Source of the DNA: Callorhinchus milii
Lineage: Eukaryota
Reading direction: 5' to 3'
Assembly: GCF_018977255.1 (NCBI RefSeq)
Contig: NW_024704743.1
Location: 64,172,001 to 64,236,000 of the forward strand
Length of the DNA: 64,000 bases
The stretch's first letter is position 1. Each line of letters starts with the position of its first letter. Positions 12,644 through 26,913 of the stretch are shown here, piece after piece. A program made the translations under genes and the position numbers. A model generated the notes under the pieces. It was given only the letters and a program-made list of their open reading frames with translations. It had not been told where the DNA came from and made no database searches.

Positions 12644-15311
12644 GCTTTCTCAAACCGCTGCTGTCAGACTTCACACAACAGGGGTTAAATTCCTATTGCT
12701 GCTGTGCATGTGTATATGATGGGGAAATCCTTTTCTAAGTGCACATTATCAAAATTACTATACTTCCTATCTAAAAGAATTTCTTTGCCCATTGACCTCC
12801 ATAAACGTTTTCTGAATGACTGTAACAATTACCCATTATTTCTAACTGGCAGCTCTAAAACCTACTAATATAGAAAGAGTACATTGAGTTTCAATGTCCC
12901 GGAAAGGAGATGGTTTGATCTATTTTGAATTCTTTAGGAAATAAAACCATATTATTGTATTTTTAAATGTATTTACACTCTCCGAAAAGAATATAATTTA
13001 TAATATATTTTTTCTGAATCACTCCTGCAAGGGCATTCTTGATGCTAGGATTATAGGGATGAGCAGATTTCTCAAATGGAGATAATACAGGAATAAGATT
13101 CAACTTTTCAAGAAACATTGGGAGGAGAATGGAGTATGTAATGTGATAATTATCATAGGTAAAATTATCACATACCACAATTTGCTTTCCCTATGAAAGC
13201 TGCAAACCATTACAAAACTTAGATGAATATTATTTGACTCATCGCAAAATCAAAAAGTGTAGAGTACAGAATAGACTACACCCTGCATTGGACGAAACAA
13301 TTTGTCTTCATAAACATGAGTAATATGATTACATCAGAGGTCTGGAATATCCCTGGAAGTTGGGGTGGGGGTTGGGGGTGGTCTTCATGGGGAAGGACTC
13401 AGTTGTAATACTTCATCTCTATATTGTTTCTCTATTTTCTGCCTGTAAAGAATAGCACTCCAAGGTCAGATGGGACTTTTGTTCTAACCTTGAAGAATGA
13501 AATAGCAACATGAGGACTCTCTGATAGTAAGCTTGCTGTTCCCTGCAGCTGTTTGGATGCAAAGACCTGTTAAGAACAGATTAAAGTGAAAGAGATACTG
13601 CAAATTGAATGGCGTATTTCCAATTTATTGCTGGTATAACTAAAGCAATATAGTGTTTGAAATAAAATACTCAACCATTTGGCATCATAATTGTGAATGA
13701 ATTACTTGTCATAATGTTTTTGAGGCCATCTTGGTAGTAATCCAGAATGTACCAAAAGTGTCATCAATTTGAAAAGGAGGTGATCCTAAACAAGATAACT
13801 AATGGACATCTGTCTGGGGTTTTAGAAACAAACCATTCAAATGTAATGGGTATTTAGCAACTGTATACTTGTGAGAGGTCTATTAAACACATTCTGCCAA
13901 AACCACAGTACCATTTTGTACATTTCACCTTATGAGAGCAAAAAAAACACATGTCCAACGATACGGATTTATCGCATTATGGTACTTTGTTTCTCTCACA
14001 CAAAATGCCGATTTTTTCTTTTCCACATCACAACTGCTGCAGTACTCATTAGATCGCCTTATGCATCTGACATATTATTTTCTCAAGCTAATTTCTCAAC
14101 AGCAATATATTTCAACAAAGTGTTCTGTTACGAAATAACGGACAATTTGAAATGGATTTTGAAAGCTGACACTTACAAAAATTGAGATCATTCAGAGCCC
14201 AGTCTGTCTGCCGGTTTATTAGATTACGGGAGATATTTTAATCCCATCTCCCCACCTTTCTCCATCCTTTCCCAGTATTTATCTTAGTTTTAAACATCCC
14301 AATTGATTTGTGCTTCAATGACCTTTTGGGCAGTGCATTGCAGATTTGCACCACTCTCCGTGTTAAGAAATGTGTTTTGATCTCACTTTTTAATTTTGAA
14401 CTGTCTTAACTCTAATTTTAAGGTGATGCTGTATACGTTATTATGTAACAAGTCACGTGTTATTGTCATCCACTTCCGCTGAACACCTCAGCTTTTGGGA
14501 ACTGAGTCACAGAATGTCAGTAGCATGTCTTGTGGGAGCAGAGACCTACATTTTGAAAATACCATACTAGTAAATGGAATTCTCGATCAATCAATTTTAA
14601 CATTGTACATTGCTGTATCCAATGTTCAGGCAGTGGCAGAGGGAATTAGTTTATACAAATATCTGGACAGATTCACGTTCAACAGAAGCTGTTAGCTAAT
14701 GCAGATGATGTCATTTTGGTTTCACTGATAACCTGATTTAAATTTCTATGGTGGACTTAATCTCTGTAAATGCTGTAACTTGTGAAGAGGCATGTTTACA
14801 TACTCTGTTATATAAAATATATGAAACTTTTACAAATGTATGCCTAATCAAAGCAATATATAGTACACTCCATCCAGATTTCTATCTGTAATGCCATCTT
14901 GGAGCTATAGAAGAAATGTTATTAAATGTTTGTTACTTTATATGAATTTTGTATTCATGAGGGAACTGCCACAAAAATCCATCAGAGAACTGGTCCAATG
15001 GAATATTAGTTAAGAAGCTTTGATCTTTAGAAATTAAAGCTTAGCGTTTTTTGGAGGGAATGTTCTCCTCTCCTCAAAGCCCAGCCTTTTGCTGGGTAAA
15101 ATTACAAAGGCATAAGGCAATCTGTGTACCTCACCCAAATGGCCTTCTTCATGTATACTCCTAGACAGTGAGTTTAAGTAGGTTATTGGACCATGGGAGA
15201 CATTTATTGACTGATCAATTCAGTCTAGACATATATAAGCAGACACTTTTTCTAACACGAGTCACAATATAGTGATCAAGGGTGGGAACCCTGGTTAATT
15301 TTTTCCCCTCT

Positions 15312-15533
15312 TCCTTTTGGCTGCTGAGGGCCAGATGCCCTATTTGAGAAATGACTGCAGGCTGCATAAGCAACATTTTTGTGTTTCCAGAAGCGTAACA
15401 TTTATGCGTTATAGAGGGAGCGGGTGGGCCAGATGAAATGGAGTGAGGGGGTGGGGGAGAGGGACTGTAATTAAACTGGCCCGAGGGCCGCACTTGGCCT
15501 GCAGGCCGCCAATTGGACAACCCTGATCTAGAG
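15312..15533 (-). mobile_element. hAT-Charlie-like MITE remnant
   Basis: Minus-strand end CAGGGTTGTCCAATTGGCGGCCTGCAGGCC..GGCCC next to ATCTAGAG, which fits the NTCTAGAN target consensus. The other end is eroded. Confidence 0.55.
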
Positions 15534-15639
15534 GATTGGTTCCCAGACTGGAGCCGGGGACACATGGAGGGCAGCAGGAAGTGCAAAGGCTATGATGAGC
15601 AGCATCCAATGTGGTGGCAGAGTGGTCTTCATCTCCCAA

Positions 15640-18420
15640 ACCTCCCTTGGTCTATCCCCCTATTCCTCTGGGTGGTTCCCCTCTATCATTCCTCCTCTCC
15701 TTCAAAATTCTCCCTAGTTTACCACCCCCCAAACCTCCTGGCTCCTTCCGCGCAGATCTCTCCTCTAATCTCTGTCCCTCTGCACAAAACGCTCATAATA
15801 GGCAATTTCAACCTTCATATCAATTCCCCCTGCCCCTCCTCTGACCCTGCTGGCCTCCACTCCACCCTAAACCTCACCCTCCACATAAAATCCCCTACCC
15901 ACAACCATGGCCACCCTCTCGACCTCATCATCACCCATGGCCCAGACATCACCGATCTGTCCATCACAAACAAGGCCATCTCAGACCACTTCCTCATCGC
16001 CCTCTCCTCTCATATACCCATCCCCTTATCCAAGCCCGCTACCATCGTTTTCTGCCCCTGGAAAAAGTTTTCCCCTGATTCCTTCACAAACACTCTCATC
16101 CTCAGACCTTCTCTCCTTCTGGCCTTCCACCAGCAGTGATCCAGATGTAGCCGTCAAGCTGCTAAACGATCACTTCTCTACTTTCAATTCTCTTGTCCCC
16201 CTGAAAAACAGGTCAATTTGCAAACCTACCCGCTCCCCCTGGTACAACAGTTGCCTCTGATCCCTCAAATAAAACAGTGTCTTGAGAGCAGATCACTGCT
16301 AACTGGGCCTCGAACATCTGCATATGTACTGTCTCTCCCTCTCAAACCAAAAATACTTTACTCGCAGGTCATTCTCGAGGCCAAAAACAACCCCAAAACA
16401 CTGTCCTCCGCAACCCAGCACCTCCTCCATGCCCCCGTTGAAGTACCCTCGATCCTCACTTCAGATTTAAGTGCGAAGAGTTCCTGGACTTTTTTTAATC
16501 TCTAAGATACATAACATCTGCCTGACTGTCTCCTCCTCCGACCCCTCCCTCCTCCCCATGCCTCCTTCACCACCTTCTCCCACCGCAGCCCACACCTTAG
16601 ACTTCTTTGCCCCCATCCTCCTTCCTTTCCCCCACCATCACCCAGATGAAGCCCACCACCTGCTGCCTCAACTCCATCCTCACCCAGCTTCTGGTCACTC
16701 AACTCTCCCACCTCTGCCCACTGCTGAGTCCCTCTACTCAGCCTCTAACCCATTCCATCTCAAAACTGCTGTCATCACCACTCCTCCTTAAAAAACCTAT
16801 ACTTGATCCCTCCAACCTCACAAACTTCAGACTCACCTCAAACCTACCCTTCCTGGCCAAAGTTTTGGAACGCTTTGTTGCAAATCAAATTCAACAACAA
16901 CAACTTGCACTATATAGCGCCCTCCACACAGGGTAGTGTCTCAGAGCGTTTAACAGTGGTGGAGCTTGATTCTGAGCCGGGGTGGGGTGAAGGAAGGTGG
17001 CCGTAAGCACGGTTGAAGAGAGAGGTTTTCAGGCAGATCAGGCAGGATTTGAAAAAGGGAGAGCAGGAGCAAGGTGAAGGGATTGAGGGAGAGTGTTCCA
17101 GAGTTTCCAGATGTAATGGCTGAAAGCGGACACCTAGATTGCGCACTTGTTCGGTGAATGGAGGGAGAGCCCAAGGAGGTTGAGGAGTTTAGATCCACAG
17201 GAGTGAAGACGTTAACAGGAGCCAAGGAGCATGGCTTCCGTCTTGTCCACATTCAGCTGCAGGAAGTTTCCCCTCATCCAGGCCCTGATGTCTGAATTCA
17301 CTCACATCCTTCCCTTCACTCCCTACTCGAACAGTTTTCGCCCTGCCCACAGCACAGAGACAGCGCTCGTCAAAGTAACAAATAACGTCCTCTCTCTCTG
17401 TGATCAGGGCTGCCTCTGCCTCCTCGTTCTTCTGGATCTCTCCGCCACATACGGCACAGTTGATTACGCTATCCTCCTCCATTACCTCTCCTTTCTCATC
17501 CACCTTATTGGGACCGCACTCGCATGGTTTGAGTCTTATTTAACAAACTGATGCCGTCAGCTTGTTTGACGGATATCACGGCCAGGATGAGTACAAATTT
17601 CCTGTAGATGAATATCGACAAGACAGAAGCCATACTCTGGCTTCCGTCAGCGTCTTACCTCCTGCAGGTCTGAACTCCTCAACCTCCCGGGCTCTCCCTC
17701 AGACTCTCCAAGCCTGTACACAACCTAGGTGCCAGGTTCAATCCCCAGCTTTCCTTTCTACCCCACACTTACCAGGACCACTTTTTTCCACCTCTGTCGC
17801 ATTACCTGTTTCCTTCCGTACCTCATGACCAACACAACCAAAACCCTCCTCCACACCTTTGCCACTTCCTAGCTGGACTATTCCAATGCCCTCCTCGTTG
17901 GTCTCCACCAAACACAAAATTCAATTGATTCAAAACGCCACCGCCCAGATACTCGCCCATACAAATCTCTGTGCCCCATCACACCAATCCTTGTCAGGCT
18001 CCACTGGCTCCCAATTACCGAACGGATCGATTTCAAGATCCTCTCATTTCAAAATCCCTTTATGCCCTTGCACCTCCCTGCCTATCCAATTTGCTTACCC
18101 CCTACTCCACCACCCACTACTTCCGCTCGGCTGGCTCCAGCCTCCCATTTGTCCATTATCCCTTCCACTCCACCATCGGTGGCCGTTCCTTCAGCCACTA
18201 CTCCCCGAAACCCTGGAACGTTCTCCCTCAATTTCTCCCTCTTGCCCCCTCCCTCCCCTCTTTGAAATCTCAATTAAAGACCTTCCTCTTTGATGGTGCT
18301 TACAGGCCTCTCTCCACTCCCTCTCCCCCGGCTCGGTGTCAGACTCCGCCACTGTCAAGCGCTCCGGGACACACTACCCCATGTGAAGGGAGCGATACAA
18401 ATGAAAGTTGTTGTTATAAA
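15640..18420 (+). mobile_element. Decayed L2-clade LINE ORF2 (endonuclease + RT + 3' tail), interrupted by a nested insertion
   Basis: IIGNFNLHIN, PTHNHGHPLDLII, ISDHFLI, FRLTSNLPFLAKVLER, FRPAHSTETALVKVTN, LLDLSA motifs. Tail ...ATACAAATGAAAGTTGTTG. Many frameshifts. Confidence 0.9.
16894..17294 (-). mobile_element. Internally deleted L2 copy nested antisense in the L2, with AATTCA target-site duplication
   Basis: (CAA)n tail at the left end. AATTCA at 16888-16893 and 17295-17300. Confidence 0.8.
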
Positions 18421-20834
18421 TGGAGCCATTGGCTTGATTGATCAGCAAATCAGAGATGACCTGGTCGAGGAGTCCTCACCTTTGATTGGCCTTGAGCCAG
18501 AGATCCAGAGGTTCTGAGGCCTATTGCACTGAGAACTCAACAACAACAACAACAATGTGCATTTATAAAGCTCCCTTCACATGGGGTAGAGTCTTGGAGC
18601 ACACACTGGGTTCCAAATCTGACCTTCTGTAAGCGAAAATACTGGTCAGCGTTCAGTGAAGTGACATTGATGATGTTGTCCTTTATTGGGATTTCCCTAT
18701 TACAATCATCAGAGCACTTACACTCACTGCTGAATTTCTCCTTTTTGCGAGCCTTGGTGCAGAGGCGTGTCCACAATTAGTCATGAATCCTCCACAAAAA
18801 TGTTATAACCAGAGTCGAGGAGAATAGGGGCAGTCAGACACCGAGCCAGGGGGAGAGGGAGTAGGGGGGGCCTGTAAGCACCATCAAAAAGGAAGGTCTT
18901 TAATTGAGATTTGAGTCGGGGCAGCTCTGAGTCACAGCGGAGATTACTTGGCTGTTAGCCAAAGCAGATTTAGTTCCCACCAATTAGATTGTTGCAATGT
19001 GCATTCACAGCTTAATGTCAAGTGTTGCCACATATTGTTATCTAACAATAATAGTACTTGCATTTTATATAGCTCCTATAACAGAAATGTCACAAAGTGC
19101 TTCATAGGTAATTACTATTAAGTGTAGTGACCATATGACAGCTAATATTCCACAAACAGCCATTATGCCGCTGATCAATTTATCCAAATGATTGCTGGCC
19201 AGGATATCTGGTATTATATTTGCTGTAGTTGCATGGAATGTTACAGCACAAAAAAAAAGACCACTTGGTCCAACTAGTCCGTGCTGGTGTTTATACTCCA
19301 CTCCTCCTTATCCCCTCACTCATTCCTCGCATACGCAGTCATTTGTATAATCATTCCCATTGGAGAGGGGAGTGTATTTTGCTAGTGTGTGGGAACTTCA
19401 TTCCAGTTACACCACTTCTATAAACTGAAGCTTACAAAATCAGCCACAGGGTTTAATAGGAATTTACAGCTACAGGTATTTATGTATCAAGTTAAATTGA
19501 CACAGGCAAGTTATATGGTTTAATGTTTAATTATCAACGATTTTTAAAAATGCAAGGGTTTATTTGAACTATTTATTTCTGAATGCATTGAATGCAAATA
19601 TATGGCTCACAAACACTGAAATCACAATAAAATTGTACCCTTTATAACTGCTTTTCAGGACATTGTCCATATTAGAGAGCAGGTTAGCCCCGAGCACCAG
19701 CATTATATTTAAATGAATTAGTGTATCATCAGAATATTGTCATTTAAGCTTATGCAAAAAAATTGACAACCTGTGGAGACACTTAGACACTGACCATTTC
19801 TTAATATGTTTTGCATGTGTTCTGTATTCATTGCTTAAAGATCTAGTTGACCATTCGCTTTAATATTACAAAATGGCCTGACATATGCACTTAATTCAAT
19901 TCACAGAGGCCTCTGTAATCTGTGAGAAAAGTAAGAACCAGTTAAGATTCAAGTGGATATCCCACAGAGAAAATACTTTGAAAAGTGGGATCACTTCCCT
20001 GCAGTTTTAATCCTTTGCAAAACCTTAATTATTTACCGTGAACAGTACCCATTATGTTTTTTGAGGTGTTTTAAACATCAGTGAAAAGCTTTTCTACATT
20101 GCACTGTATTGTAAATACTGGGACACAGATATTTGAGCTAACATAGTGTGATTGCTTCTTGGGAAATCTTGAGTCAGACTAAATTGCTGTAACTACTGTC
20201 TAACAGCTGGTAAAACAACACTTTCACATTGCACACAATGCTGTATTTGCTGCAGTCCAAACCTTTTCAAGGCACTATTACATTTTCTACTAACTTGCCA
20301 TAGCAGGAGAAACTAACTGTAATGGATCTCTGTGCAACCCTCTATTTATAAAGAATTTCTTTGCGGGATATCTTATCCTCACGACCCTGCTGTTTAAAAG
20401 GGAAGGCCAACAACTGACTTTGTCTTCATGACATGATTGGGATTTGGTTGTATGTAACAACATTGGCTTCTTTTAGAAATTAGTTTGAAGGGACCTTTTT
20501 TGCACAGATTTTTATTCAAAACAAAAACAATTTAAGATGTTCCAAACCAAAACAGTACATGCTGGAATGTACAACAACAACTCGCCTTTATAAAGGGTGC
20601 TTCATATAAGATAGTCTCCGAGTGCTTTACAATGACTGGGTCAGTTATTGAGCAGGAGAGAGAGGTGAACGTCAAGATGGATTGATAAGCGCGATCGAAA
20701 AGGTAGGTTTTAAGGAAGGACTTGAAGACACACAGAAAGGGGGCGAGATGGAACGATAGAGGGAGGTAATTCCAGAGGTTAGAGACATAAAATCTTGAAG
20801 CTCAAACAGGGAGGGGCAGTCGATCAGTATCTGA

Positions 20835-20945
20835 ATCTGAAAGAGACAGTTAAATTAATATTTTAGCTATGACTCTTCATCAGAACTCTCTGATGAAAGG
20901 TCTGAACTGTTTACTTATTTTTCTCTTTCAGATGCTGAATAACTT
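20835..20945. mobile_element. Inverted pair of Penelope-type terminal sequences
   Basis: TCATCAG..CTGATGA core. Outer arms ATCTGAAAGAGA / TCTCTTTCAGAT. Similar to 53090-53183. Confidence 0.5.
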
Positions 20946-22654
20946 GCTACGGTTGCAGTTGTATTTGTGTGTTCTGTTGACATTGAAACACTTCACAGGG
21001 ACTGTGGCAAATGTACTGTATTGTACATGGAAATATTAGCGATCATTCTCACTCTAAAATGAATCAATATTAGCTTTCATCTTCAGCTGCTGCTTGAGCC
21101 ATGCTGCCTGAGGACATGTGGGGTAGATTATGGGGGCCCTAGGAGAAAGCAACACTCTATGACATCTAGGGCCTGATTTTGAATCTAGTCCAGTTTGATG
21201 GAATGAAAGCATTAAGTCCCTTTATAATAGCTACACAAAACTACAGTGATTTCAGCACATTTGAATGACCTAACTTACCAATGGAACAAGTGGGTCCAGT
21301 GCCACTACTGGAATTCCTTACCTTGAGTACAAAGGCTATAAAGAAATAGCAGTCAAAGACAAATAAAAGTTTAAATTCTATAGAATCCCATTATGTGGAA
21401 TAAGCAAAAATCAAAAAAATTCCTTCAAAAACAAAATAATAAAAATAATTTGGTCACTCAATCCATGACGTCATGGGACACTGCTGTGCCCAATTGGCTG
21501 CCACGTTTCGTCCACAAAATACACAGTCACTACACTTTAAAGTATATCCTTTTGAAGCACTTTGAGACATCTCAAAGATGTGTTAAGGGCAATATCAAAT
21601 GCAAGGATTATTATTATAATTTATCTGGGGTACAACCAGTCTGACATACAAGAATAGCGACTAATTTTACTGACTAAAATTCTAAGTCTCACAAAGATTT
21701 GATATATAATGTGATGCACATATGTTTGAGGAAATTCGGAATTACGCAGTTTTGATATTCTTTTTGGCTGTGTATAATTAGCATTTATAGGTATGTGCAA
21801 GCTTTAAATGAGTTTGAATCAAAATGTATTCAGATTTGCCACAGAGTATAAATAGGACCTTTGAGAATGAGGCCTACAGCAGATGACAAGATTTGTTTCA
21901 CAAGTGATTAAAGATAGTTGCACCTCCAGCAGCACTAAACCCACGAGAGAGAAACAGAAGGAATCCTGCAGCAAATGTTATGAGCAACAAGGACAAATTA
22001 TTTGATGCTGGCAACCTGCATCTGAGGTTAGCAGATCCTGGAAACTATAGATGCATATTATTAATATTTGTGAATTTCTGGAGAATGCTTCATGAATAAA
22101 AAGGATTGTTAAAGTTAAAAGTTGTCATTTTAAAAACACTATTTCAAATAAATGCTCTGTTTCATTGTCCGTTTTTACTGGCAGTTATTGTGAAAAACCC
22201 TTCCCTGCAGAACCATGGACAGCATTCGAGTGCTTTCCTCTGCCAAAAACCTCTGTCTCTACCCTCCCTCTCTGCTTTCAAAAAAATCTTCTCAAAAGCG
22301 ACCACATTAATATCAAATAATAATACTTACATTAAATCTAGCGCCTTAACGTCAGGAAGAATTCTCAAAAGAGCTTCACAGGATTATTATGTAAGTGTCG
22401 CGACTGTAGCCATTAATTCCTTTGTCAGCTCCCTCCTATTCATGCTGTCTCTTACCGTGCATGGGCCCCCACTCTATCTCTGTCAAGTGCTTTGAATGTT
22501 TTCCTACATGAGCGGTGCTACATAACCGCAAACCGTTGTTGGTGTTGACTCAGATCTGCAATTTGGACTGTTTCCTGTGTATTTTCTGGGCTCAAGACCC
22601 CTCTCCATGACATTAAGTATCCTGACTGGATATCCCAACAATAAATCCATAGAA

Positions 22655-23185
22655 ATTGATTGGATAAGAGTCTCGTCTGCATTTGGTGTGAGGTATGGTC
22701 GGAGACGGACCATGTGACAGAGGTGGAGGAAAGTGGTTCTGGTCAGGGACTGGATGTGGAGAAGGAACCTGACGCCTAGGTTACGCACAGGTTCGGTAAG
22801 TCTTTGGGATAGGCAGGGAGGTTGAGGAAGTCAGAGCTACAGGAAAGAAGATGTTGATGGGAGCGAAGGAGTATGGCTTCTGTCTTGTTGATGATCAGCT
22901 GCAGGAAGTCTGTGCTCATCCAGCCCCTGATGTCTGCCAGACAAGCTGACAGAACATCGGAGGACCTGGAGGAGGAGAGGTAGATTTGTGTGTCATCTGC
23001 ATGCATGTGGAAGTCCGTGGATGACATCACTGAGAGGGGGCATGTAGATGAGGAAGAGGAGGGGGCCAAGGATAGAGCCCTGGGGTACACCACAGGTGAA
23101 CGGGAGGAAAAACCGTTTGTGGAGACAAGGTAATGTCGAATTGTTAAATAATAAGGTGAGTGCGGTCACACCGAGGTGGGCCCTG
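22655..23185 (-). mobile_element. L2 RT fragment
   Basis: FHMHADDTQIYLS, WMSTDFLQLIINKTEAILL, RNLGVRF. Confidence 0.85.
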
Positions 23186-23584
23186 AAATCATCTCGAAAT
23201 CTCGAAACCCATCACCCATGGACCTAGCACAAACTGTTGTTGATGTTGACTCACATCTGTAGTTTGGGCTTTTTCTTGGGTAGAGCTCAAGTCTTCTAAT
23301 ATTACCTTAGTGATCCAGATCTTCCCAAGCTTATAACGTAAGCCACACAACAGAAGAGTATTGCAGCTCCTCCACAGGAGGTAGGACACACTAATCCCCC
23401 AAACCAAGCATAACTGTCTGTGAAAAGTATCATTGGCAGCAATGTCCATTAATATATGAAAGAGAAAAGTTTAATTTTTACACACCAAAATATTTATTTT
23501 TGTTGAGAAAGTACATAAAGTAAAAAGCTAAGGTGCAGTATTATTTTTCTGGGGGTTTTGTGTATGATAGATAGTTTTTTTCGG

Positions 23585-23868
23585 TGTCAGCTAGGCTCAG
23601 TTGGTAGCCTCACCTCTGAGTCGGAAGATTGTAGGTTTCAAGACCCACATTCAACAGTTTGATCTCATATAGGCTAAGCTACACACCAGTGCAGCATTAG
23701 ACTGGAATTAACAAACAAAGCTGTTTGTGGGACATGACTGTGAAAATTGGCTGTGTCATTCACCTACAAAGAACACAGCCACTACACTTTACAGTAAAAT
23801 TCTATGAAGCACATTTAGAAGTCTCGACAATGTGATAAAGCATTATATCAAATGCAAGGAATATTATT
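23585..23868 (+). mobile_element. Deu-type tRNA-derived SINE, decayed, followed by L2 tails (23870-23990 +, 24045-24200 -)
   Basis: GCTCAGTTGGTAGC A-box, CCTCTGAGTC.GAAG head and shared tail ending ATCAAATGCAAGGA. Confidence 0.65.
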
Positions 23869-26530
23869 CTCTGCTGAAGACCTTTCTTTTCGACCGCGCC
23901 TTTGGTCACCTTCCTCCCCCTCCCCCTGGCTCGGTCCCGGGATCCGTCCGGCGTGGAGGGCGCTATATAAATCCAAGTTGTTGTTGTTGTTATTCTACAG
24001 CAGGAATACTATTGCAACAACACATCATCACGATCGTTAAAAGTAACAACAACAACAACACAACAACAAGATTCCATTTATAAAGCGCTTTTCACGTCAG
24101 GAGGACGTCCCAAGGCGCTGCACAGTTGGGTCATGACCCGAGCAGGGGGGAAATGGTCAGGGTGAGGGGAGGGAAGGGAGGGAGCGAGGAGGGGGGAAAT
24201 AAAGTAACTTGTCTCATGCTGGTCTAACCCCAGCTCATGTTTCCTATTAGTGGGTAAACAATCCAAAGCTTGATGAATTCTGCTTCACAATAATAGGAAG
24301 AGCAGACATTGAAAGATCTGAAAGTGCCATCACTATGTACGCCTGGCTGCCACAAGCCAGTTATCTCTAATGGTAACTTTTCTGACATCTCCTGATTAAA
24401 ACTTCCTTCTGTTATTTAACGTCTCCTTGTATTTCGGAGGATCCAACATTGATGAATACTGATTCCCTGCTGTGTAGAAACCCTGCATCTTCTATGTTGA
24501 CATATAACTATTGTAAGACTGGTTACTTCTCTCAGGAGCTGAATATATATGTATATGATAATGTATATGTTCCACAGTTGTCTGCTATCGATTACAATGC
24601 AGAACAGGATTGTGGGACACTGGTGCCTAATCACCCTTATGAAAAGTAACTATGAGTGATTCTGTCAGCATCTTGGTGTTGCGATTTCACTATACACTGT
24701 ACATACACGTCACTATACATTAGTTACCGTTATGACAGGTAAACAACATTACCACAGTTTACTGTCCTGGCATGTTGTGCAGGATGCAATAAGCAGCAAT
24801 ATTCACACACCCACTTCTGACGTAAGGTGACTTGTTCTCTACAATCTGATCATGGTAATATAATTAAAAATAGAAGCTGCACAATAATAATACTATTATA
24901 ATATTCCTGGCTTCCATTCCTTTGGACTGTCCTTGTATTTTGGGGAATTTAACACATTTATGACTAAGATCCTGACTATATTATCTATAACCTGCAAAAG
25001 AGACCAGAACGAGATATTTCAAAAGAGCAAAGGTTAAAGTGTGGGCTCAAGCTGTTTATTCTCCTTCTAGACACTCCCTGTGTGGTCCTCTCAAATTGTC
25101 AAAATGACAGGTTGCTGATTCCTACTGGGTAACAACACAAAATCTCCTACATGGTAAAAGGCTTCAGGGCAGGAAACACTGAATGTCCACGTAACATTTC
25201 CACAATCCGGATGAATTTCAGAATGTCAAAGTGGTTGGAAAGCCAAAATGGTTGGTAAAATTACTTTAACTGTTGTGGACCTGGCGATACAATGTAATAA
25301 TTGATTGTTTGCATGAAGAAGGCCCTTCGCTCATTTGAATTCATCCAACAACAACAACAAATTACATTTATGTAGGGCCCTTCATGTTGGAAAGACGTCT
25401 CAGAATATCAATCCTACCTTCTAACCATCACAGCATTTCTTAAATACATTCAATGTTCCAAACTCGAACACCTTCTTTGTAATATGAATAAAGAAATACT
25501 GTACTTCCTGGTGTCAGTTCTGAAATTTCTCCTCACATTCATGAACATGTGCCCTCTAGTCCTTCTAACGGCCATGATGCTACTAACTCTTGACAGTGCT
25601 GAGGACACAGAAGTGAATCTGCAATGTCTGATCGGGAAGACCCGTGTCATGTTTGGAAGGATCATTTCTATATTAAATTCTAGTAGTTCATCGTCCATTT
25701 TCAGCTGGGCAGAAATAGCTAAATCAATAGTTAGCTCATTTTATGCACATGATGACACATGTTTGTTTTCACATAAAATACAATAGTCCTTCAACAGTAA
25801 CTGTTACAAATATGTACTATTTGCGAGTGAACGGGTAAAGAAAGAATACACACATGCACGCACCTTTCTAATAGTAAGGTAGATTGGGATGTGATGTAAA
25901 GCTTGCTCATTGCTCAAACACACCATCACTCATTTTACAGTAAATCCAGTGAATGTATGGGATCATGAAAGGAGCTTTACCAAATGTAAAGTCAACGTCT
26001 CCGTTATTATTGTAGCAAGCGACGACCAGGATGGTAGAAGGCGAACAAATGAATCTTGATCTTCTTTCATCTAGCAATTCCTAATTTCTTATGTAAAGGA
26101 TTAAATGATCAAACTAACTAAAGATATCAAAATGATCAAACTAACTAAAGAGACTAACAAAAACAACATAATAATATGTAAATACCAAGATTATGTTAGG
26201 GATTCACTTTGAGAAAAATTGCTAGTTTAAGTTAATAAGAAGTGTTACATTCATTTAAATAAAGCTCCTGAAAGGCCGTACCAAACCTTAATAGTATGTT
26301 ACAGTCCCATCAAAGTGCAGCAACCTAACTAACAAAGCTAGACCAGACACAAGAAAGTGTAATATCTCCAATCATAACCTTGATTTCAGACGAGCTACAG
26401 TCCCTAAAGGATTAAGAGGCTATGTCCTCAAAACCACTACCTAAAGAAATATTAGTTGTTATCTATTTCAGATATGTATATCCATTACTATTACCCTGTT
26501 GAGAGAAAACCTGCAAAGACCAAGTCTGTA

Positions 26531-26913
26531 TATAATAATAATAATCTTTGCATTTGATATAGTGCCTTATCACGCCATTGAGACATCTTAAAGTGATTCA
26601 CAGGACATATGGTAAAGTGGATTGTCTGTGTATTTTGTGGGCAAAGCTTGGCAGCCAATTGTGCGCAGCTTGTCCCACAAACAGTCATGGAGTGAGTGAA
26701 CAAAATGTTTCTTTTGAGGGTGTGGTGGGGGGGGGGGATTATTACCCTGGAAAGTGATTCACCAATCAATTAACAACTGGGATCCTACATACTGCTAAGT
26801 AAACAGAGGTGTGTGGAGTAAGGAAACGTGCCCAAGATTTCGTCTGCCTGAGAATCGAACCAGGTCCTCTCACTTGCGAGACGAGCTTGCTAACCACTAC
26901 CCTGCTGGATTCC
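26531..26913 (-). mobile_element. tRNA-Ala-derived SINE, long subfamily
   Basis: Head GTAGTGGTTAG..GGTTCGATTC, internal CTCTGTTTAC.TAGCAGTA block, L2-like tail + (TTA)n. Confidence 0.85.
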
